Made by a program: the position numbers and the translations under genes. Of a DNA stretch of 64,000 bases, positions 60,015-64,000 are shown piece by piece. The DNA lies in NCBI GenBank assembly GCA_963676565.1, contig OY781089.1, positions 2,144,399 to 2,208,398 on the forward strand, read 5' to 3'. The DNA is from Halarcobacter sp. (lineage in GTDB: Bacteria; Campylobacterota; Campylobacteria; Campylobacterales; Arcobacteraceae). How positions within the stretch are numbered: the first letter of the stretch is position 1; every line of letters starts with the position of its first letter. Under the pieces are notes generated by a model. The model searched no databases. It was not told the DNA's origin and saw nothing but the letters and a program-made list of their open reading frames with translations.

Positions 60015-60518
60015 ATGACAAATGCTGAAACTATCGCTAAATTAAATGATGCCTTAGAGAAACTAATTAAAGGGTATGAGGAGTTACAAAACTCTTACGA
60101 ACAATTACAAGATGAGAACAATAAATTAAATAGTGAAGTTAGCAATTTGAAAGATAAAATAGCAGATCTTGAAGAAAATAAAAGAATATTAGAAGATAAT
60201 GTAAATGAACTTCAAGATAATACAGAAAAAGATTCATCAAATATTAGCTCTATGTTAGACAAAATTGAAGGTTTATTAAACAAAAAAAATCATCCTGCTG
60301 CACCAAATTATTCTAAGAAAGAAGAGGGTAGTAATTACCCTTCTTCTTTAGAAAAAGAACACTCTGATAATATTTTAGATATTGATTCTTCTGAATCTTC
60401 TAATAAAGATTTTAAAGATTCTTTTGGAGGAATAGTAGAAGAAAAAAAACAAGATGAGTCATCTGATAAAATAGATTTAAATAGAATGGCATCACTTCTT
60501 AATGGGTTTAATAAGTAG
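60015..60518 (+). CDS. Coiled-coil protein with an acidic disordered tail
   Basis: About 88-aa heptad region followed by an S/E/D/K-rich linker. Confidence 0.7.
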   Translation: MTNAETIAKLNDALEKLIKGYEELQNSYEQLQDENNKLNSEVSNLKDKIADLEENKRILEDNVNELQDNTEKDSSNISSMLDKIEGLLNKKNHPAAPNYSKKEEGSNYPSSLEKEHSDNILDIDSSESSNKDFKDSFGGIVEEKKQDESSDKIDLNRMASLLNGFNK

Positions 60519-60521
60519 TAT

Positions 60522-60800
60522 ATGATTTTACTTTTAAATAAAATTTCTTTATTTTCAACTTTTGGTGTTGATTCTTTTGATTCATTAGATGCTAGTATTA
60601 ATACAATGGCGCCTTCTATGGTTGAATACTATTTATCTGATCTTTCTTCTGGAAATGATGATACCTATTTAAATAAAAGAAATATACAAAATAGTATAAA
60701 TATAGGTGAATATTCTATTTATTTAGATTATGATGATGAAATATATTTAGAAATAGAAGACAATCAAGAAGATGACTATGAAACAGCTTCTCTATGGTAG
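60522..60800 (+). CDS. Small acidic hypothetical protein
   Basis: ORF 3 bp after the previous gene, host-like codon usage. Confidence 0.65.
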   Translation: MILLLNKISLFSTFGVDSFDSLDASINTMAPSMVEYYLSDLSSGNDDTYLNKRNIQNSINIGEYSIYLDYDDEIYLEIEDNQEDDYETASLW

Positions 60801-60809
60801 AGAAAGCTG

Positions 60810-61862
60810 TTAAAATATATCTGTAGTTTTTTTCAACTTATCTTTATCAAAGTGTGTATAAATTCTAGATGTATTTATATCTGCATGACCTAATGATTCT
60901 TGCACTAGTATCAGATCTTTACTTTTTTGATAAAGCATAGTTGCAAATGTATGCCTTAACATATGTGCACCATTTTTTTCTTTTCTAATTCCTACACTTA
61001 AAAGTATTTTTTCAACTATACTACTAATGTATGCTTGACTTAAAGGCTTGCCTTTTTGATTACAAAAGAGTAAGTTATTTTCACAACATTTAATCTGTAC
61101 CCATGCGCTAAGATCATTTTTTATAATGGATTCTTTTATCATTACAACTCTAGGTTTATTACCCTTTCCTCGAACTTGAATAATATAAGCATCTTCATCT
61201 TTATTAAAATCTTTTAAATCGATATTTATTGCCTCACTAACTCTTATACCTGTATAGAGTATTATTTTTATTATAAGTCTATTTCTAGCAGCTATCTTGG
61301 CACTAAAAGGGTATAAATCAATACCTTCAATAAATCTTTGGACTTCTTCTTTTTGCATGAAAGAGGGCAGTTTTGTACCACTTTTCCCAGATAAACCACC
61401 CCAGTTTTTTAATTCAATACCATATCTATATACAAATCCATTAGATTCTTCATTTTGTTTATCAATATAACCAAAAAATGTTGTTAAAGCAATTCTGTAG
61501 TTTTTTTTAGTAGCATCTGATAAAGTACTTGTTTCTGTTGCAAGAAAATCACTTAAAAGTTCTTCATCTATTTCTTTCATAGAAGAAGCTCCATAATTGT
61601 CTAAGAAATTATAGAGCTTTGAAAGAGGGATAAAATAAACATGGATACTATTAATTCCAATATTTCTAACTTCTTTTACAATATCTTTTAATAATTCAAT
61701 TGAGTCAAAACCTTTTACTAATTGTTGTAGAATTTTTGCTAAACGCTCTTTATCTTTTACTTGTCGGTTTGACAATGAAGTGATTTTATTTCTAATAAAT
61801 CTTGATAACCAGAATAAATAGGTTTTGTTAAAAGATGATTCAAAGTCTAGTGGATATTTCAA
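60810..61862 (-). CDS. xerH: Tyrosine recombinase XerH (chromosome dimer resolution)
   Basis: N-terminus MKYPL...LFWLSRFIRNKITSLSNRQVKD as in Campylobacterota XerH; catalytic R (GIRVSE), K, HxxR (HMLRH), LGH, Y. Confidence 0.85.
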   Translation of the reverse strand: MKYPLDFESSFNKTYLFWLSRFIRNKITSLSNRQVKDKERLAKILQQLVKGFDSIELLKDIVKEVRNIGINSIHVYFIPLSKLYNFLDNYGASSMKEIDEELLSDFLATETSTLSDATKKNYRIALTTFFGYIDKQNEESNGFVYRYGIELKNWGGLSGKSGTKLPSFMQKEEVQRFIEGIDLYPFSAKIAARNRLIIKIILYTGIRVSEAINIDLKDFNKDEDAYIIQVRGKGNKPRVVMIKESIIKNDLSAWVQIKCCENNLLFCNQKGKPLSQAYISSIVEKILLSVGIRKEKNGAHMLRHTFATMLYQKSKDLILVQESLGHADINTSRIYTHFDKDKLKKTTDIF

Positions 61863-61937
61863 TATAAGCCCTTATAAATATATTTTACTTTTGGAAACTA
61901 TAATTTCCAAATTATATTATATATTAACTTAATACTC

Positions 61938-63026
61938 CTATCTCTTCTTTTTACCTGAACTAAAATCAATTATATATTGTGCAATCTCATCTAAATGTAT
62001 AATATCTTTTACTGCACCTTTTTGTATAGCTTTTGCAGGCATACCAAATACAACACAACTCTCTTCATTTTGTGCAACAGTATATGCACCATTGTCATGT
62101 AAGTCTTTCATCGCAATTGAACCATCGTCACCCATACCTGTCATCATAATAGCCATAGTTGATCCTCCACCTATAACATTATTAATTGATCTAAACATTA
62201 CATCCACACTAGGTCTGTGATGACTTACTTTTACAGTATCAAGTAATTTGGTTTTGTAAACAGTCCCAACTTTTTCAATTGTTAAGTGCATATTACCAGG
62301 AGATAAGTATGCATGACCCTCTTCTAGTATCATTCCATCAGTAGCTTCATGAACTGTTAGTTTAGAATTGTCATTTAATCTATCTGCAAATGATTTTGAA
62401 AACCCATAAGGGATATGTTGTGTTATTAAGATTGGGGGTAAGTTATTTGTTAAAGACTTAAAGACCTTTAATAGTGATTCAACTCCACCTGTTGATGAAC
62501 CAATTGCAATAATCTTTTTAGCACCAAAAGTGCTTTTTGCAGGAATTGATCTAATAACTTCATCGGGATGAATTTTTCTTTCTACATCAATATGTTTTTT
62601 TGATAAAACTTTGTTTTTAGGAGTTGGTTTTTTTAAGGTATATCTTTTAAGAAGAAAAGTTAAATTTAATAAGCTTTCTTTTATTCTTTTAGCAAATGCT
62701 GCCATAGATTCTCCAGAATCAGGTTTTGGTATGAAACCAACGGCACCATCATCAAAAATATCATTTCCCCTAACTGATTCACCTGAAATAACAACAGCTG
62801 GCATTGGGTGTAAACGCATAAGGTTTCTTAAGAATGTAACACCATTCATTTTAGGCATGTTTATATCAATAGTTACTAAATCAGGTTCATACTCTTTTAT
62901 TTTTTCTCTAGCATCATATGCATCATATGCATCAGCAATTACTTCAAACTCATCAATACTATTAATCATGTCTTTTATAATTCTTCTCATAGATGGAGAA
63001 TCATCAATAACCAAAACTGTATACAT
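61938..63026 (-). CDS. cheB: Chemotaxis methylesterase response regulator
   Basis: IDDS, TIDINMP, GSSTGG, TQHIP, HRPSVD, MTGMGDDG, CVVFGMP. Confidence 0.96.
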   Translation of the reverse strand: MYTVLVIDDSPSMRRIIKDMINSIDEFEVIADAYDAYDAREKIKEYEPDLVTIDINMPKMNGVTFLRNLMRLHPMPAVVISGESVRGNDIFDDGAVGFIPKPDSGESMAAFAKRIKESLLNLTFLLKRYTLKKPTPKNKVLSKKHIDVERKIHPDEVIRSIPAKSTFGAKKIIAIGSSTGGVESLLKVFKSLTNNLPPILITQHIPYGFSKSFADRLNDNSKLTVHEATDGMILEEGHAYLSPGNMHLTIEKVGTVYKTKLLDTVKVSHHRPSVDVMFRSINNVIGGGSTMAIMMTGMGDDGSIAMKDLHDNGAYTVAQNEESCVVFGMPAKAIQKGAVKDIIHLDEIAQYIIDFSSGKKKR

Positions 63027-63048
63027 ATTTACTTACCCTATCCTCTTA

Positions 63049-63729
63049 TTAGAATAACTCTATTTCCATCTCAGGTTCAGCTTTTATAGTAGTATCATTG
63101 CCAAATAAGTCAACTCCTCCAACATACTCTTTAATAACAGGTGCTTTTGTAATTTCCGTTTGAAGTGCTTTTTCTTCATTAAGGATTTTATTATCTGTTT
63201 CACTTTTTTGAGTAACTTTAATAAATGTTTGAAAGGTATCAGTTAAAAGTATTAATCTACCATGTTCACCTCTTGTATGTTCACTTATTAGTTTAAAACC
63301 TTCTGATTTACAGAAATCTTTCGCAAATTCAACATTTCTGTGCCCTATTGAGACGCTACTAACATTTATTTGCATAATATCAGCTCCCCCTGATATTTTT
63401 GCAGTCATATTTTGTTTATTACATCCAAGTTTATACATCTCATTAAGCATTGCCTCAACAGAATAAAGTCCATATTTCATATCGTCATTTGTACTATTTG
63501 TTGTTGGCAATAAAAAATGATTCATACCTTTTATTTGCTGTACAGTATCATAAAACATAATTGCGACACAAGAACCAAGAAGTGTTTTAAATGCAATGTT
63601 ATCTGCATCTCTACCCACTGCAAACTCACCACCAATAATTGTGTGAGTTAAAAAACCTTTTGTTCTTTGAGTAAATCTTGTATTAGAAGCTTTTTCAATG
63701 CTTCCGTCTTTATGTCCAATTATAATCAA
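63049..63729 (-). CDS. cheD: Chemoreceptor glutamine deamidase
   Basis: TLLGSCVA, GMNHFLLP, KISGGA, IGHRN. Confidence 0.92.
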   Translation of the reverse strand: MIIIGHKDGSIEKASNTRFTQRTKGFLTHTIIGGEFAVGRDADNIAFKTLLGSCVAIMFYDTVQQIKGMNHFLLPTTNSTNDDMKYGLYSVEAMLNEMYKLGCNKQNMTAKISGGADIMQINVSSVSIGHRNVEFAKDFCKSEGFKLISEHTRGEHGRLILLTDTFQTFIKVTQKSETDNKILNEEKALQTEITKAPVIKEYVGGVDLFGNDTTIKAEPEMEIELF

Positions 63730-64000
63730 GTTAATTCCTTTGTCTTAATGAAAATATTTTGCCCTATTCTTTGAACAAAATTAATTAAATCATGGGGATT
63801 TTCTGAATGACCTAAGTATAAAGTCCCCCCTACTTTTAAATGATTAAACAATTTTCTTAATATCTTATTTTGATCAACTGTAGAAAAATATATTAAAACA
63901 TTTCTGCAGAATATTACATCAAATTGATTTTTTTCATAGGGATAAGAGGGATCACTTAAATTCATAACTTGAAAGGTACACATTTTTTGTAGTTCTGGCT
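63726..64000 (-). CDS. cheR: Chemotaxis methyltransferase (3' part; begins beyond the window)
   Basis: FQVMNL, FDVIFCRNVLIYF, GGTLYLGHSE. Confidence 0.92.
   Translation of the reverse strand, partial: PELQKMCTFQVMNLSDPSYPYEKNQFDVIFCRNVLIYFSTVDQNKILRKLFNHLKVGGTLYLGHSENPHDLINFVQRIGQNIFIKTKELT

Noticed and set aside
60810-61862. Tyrosine recombinase as an integrase of a mobile element
   Set aside because: Its N-terminus matches housekeeping XerH. There are no att-like repeats or cargo genes, and the flanks are core genes.

Overview
AT-rich chromosomal core region of a Campylobacterota bacterium, most likely Arcobacteraceae. This is inferred from hobA, xerH, futalosine-pathway mqnC, and gene orders I recall from Campylobacter (metG-fbp-mobB-slt-yggT-gltX2 and rppH-lysC-hobA-holB-folP). 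It holds about 68 CDSs (housekeeping genes, many REC/PAS/kinase signalling genes, cheBD and a partial cheR) and a 4-tRNA operon (Gln, fMet, Met, Thr). I found no IS, prophage, CRISPR array or rRNA. The most notable observations are five. (1) A class III ribonucleotide reductase whose glycyl-radical motif sits on a separate 52-aa ORF missed by the ORF track (19284-19442). (2) An sbtA-sbtB-purK-purE operon linking a bicarbonate transporter to the bicarbonate-consuming step of purine synthesis. (3) A two-gene CydA-like/CydA'-like respiratory complex with a fused cytochrome c and no Q-loop. (4) A full-length GluRS2 (gltX2) and a neighbouring lytic transglycosylase that have both lost their catalytic motifs. 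(5) A solitary LexA/CI-like repressor with a palindrome over its own -10 box. All protein calls come from recognising motifs by eye; no database search was run.
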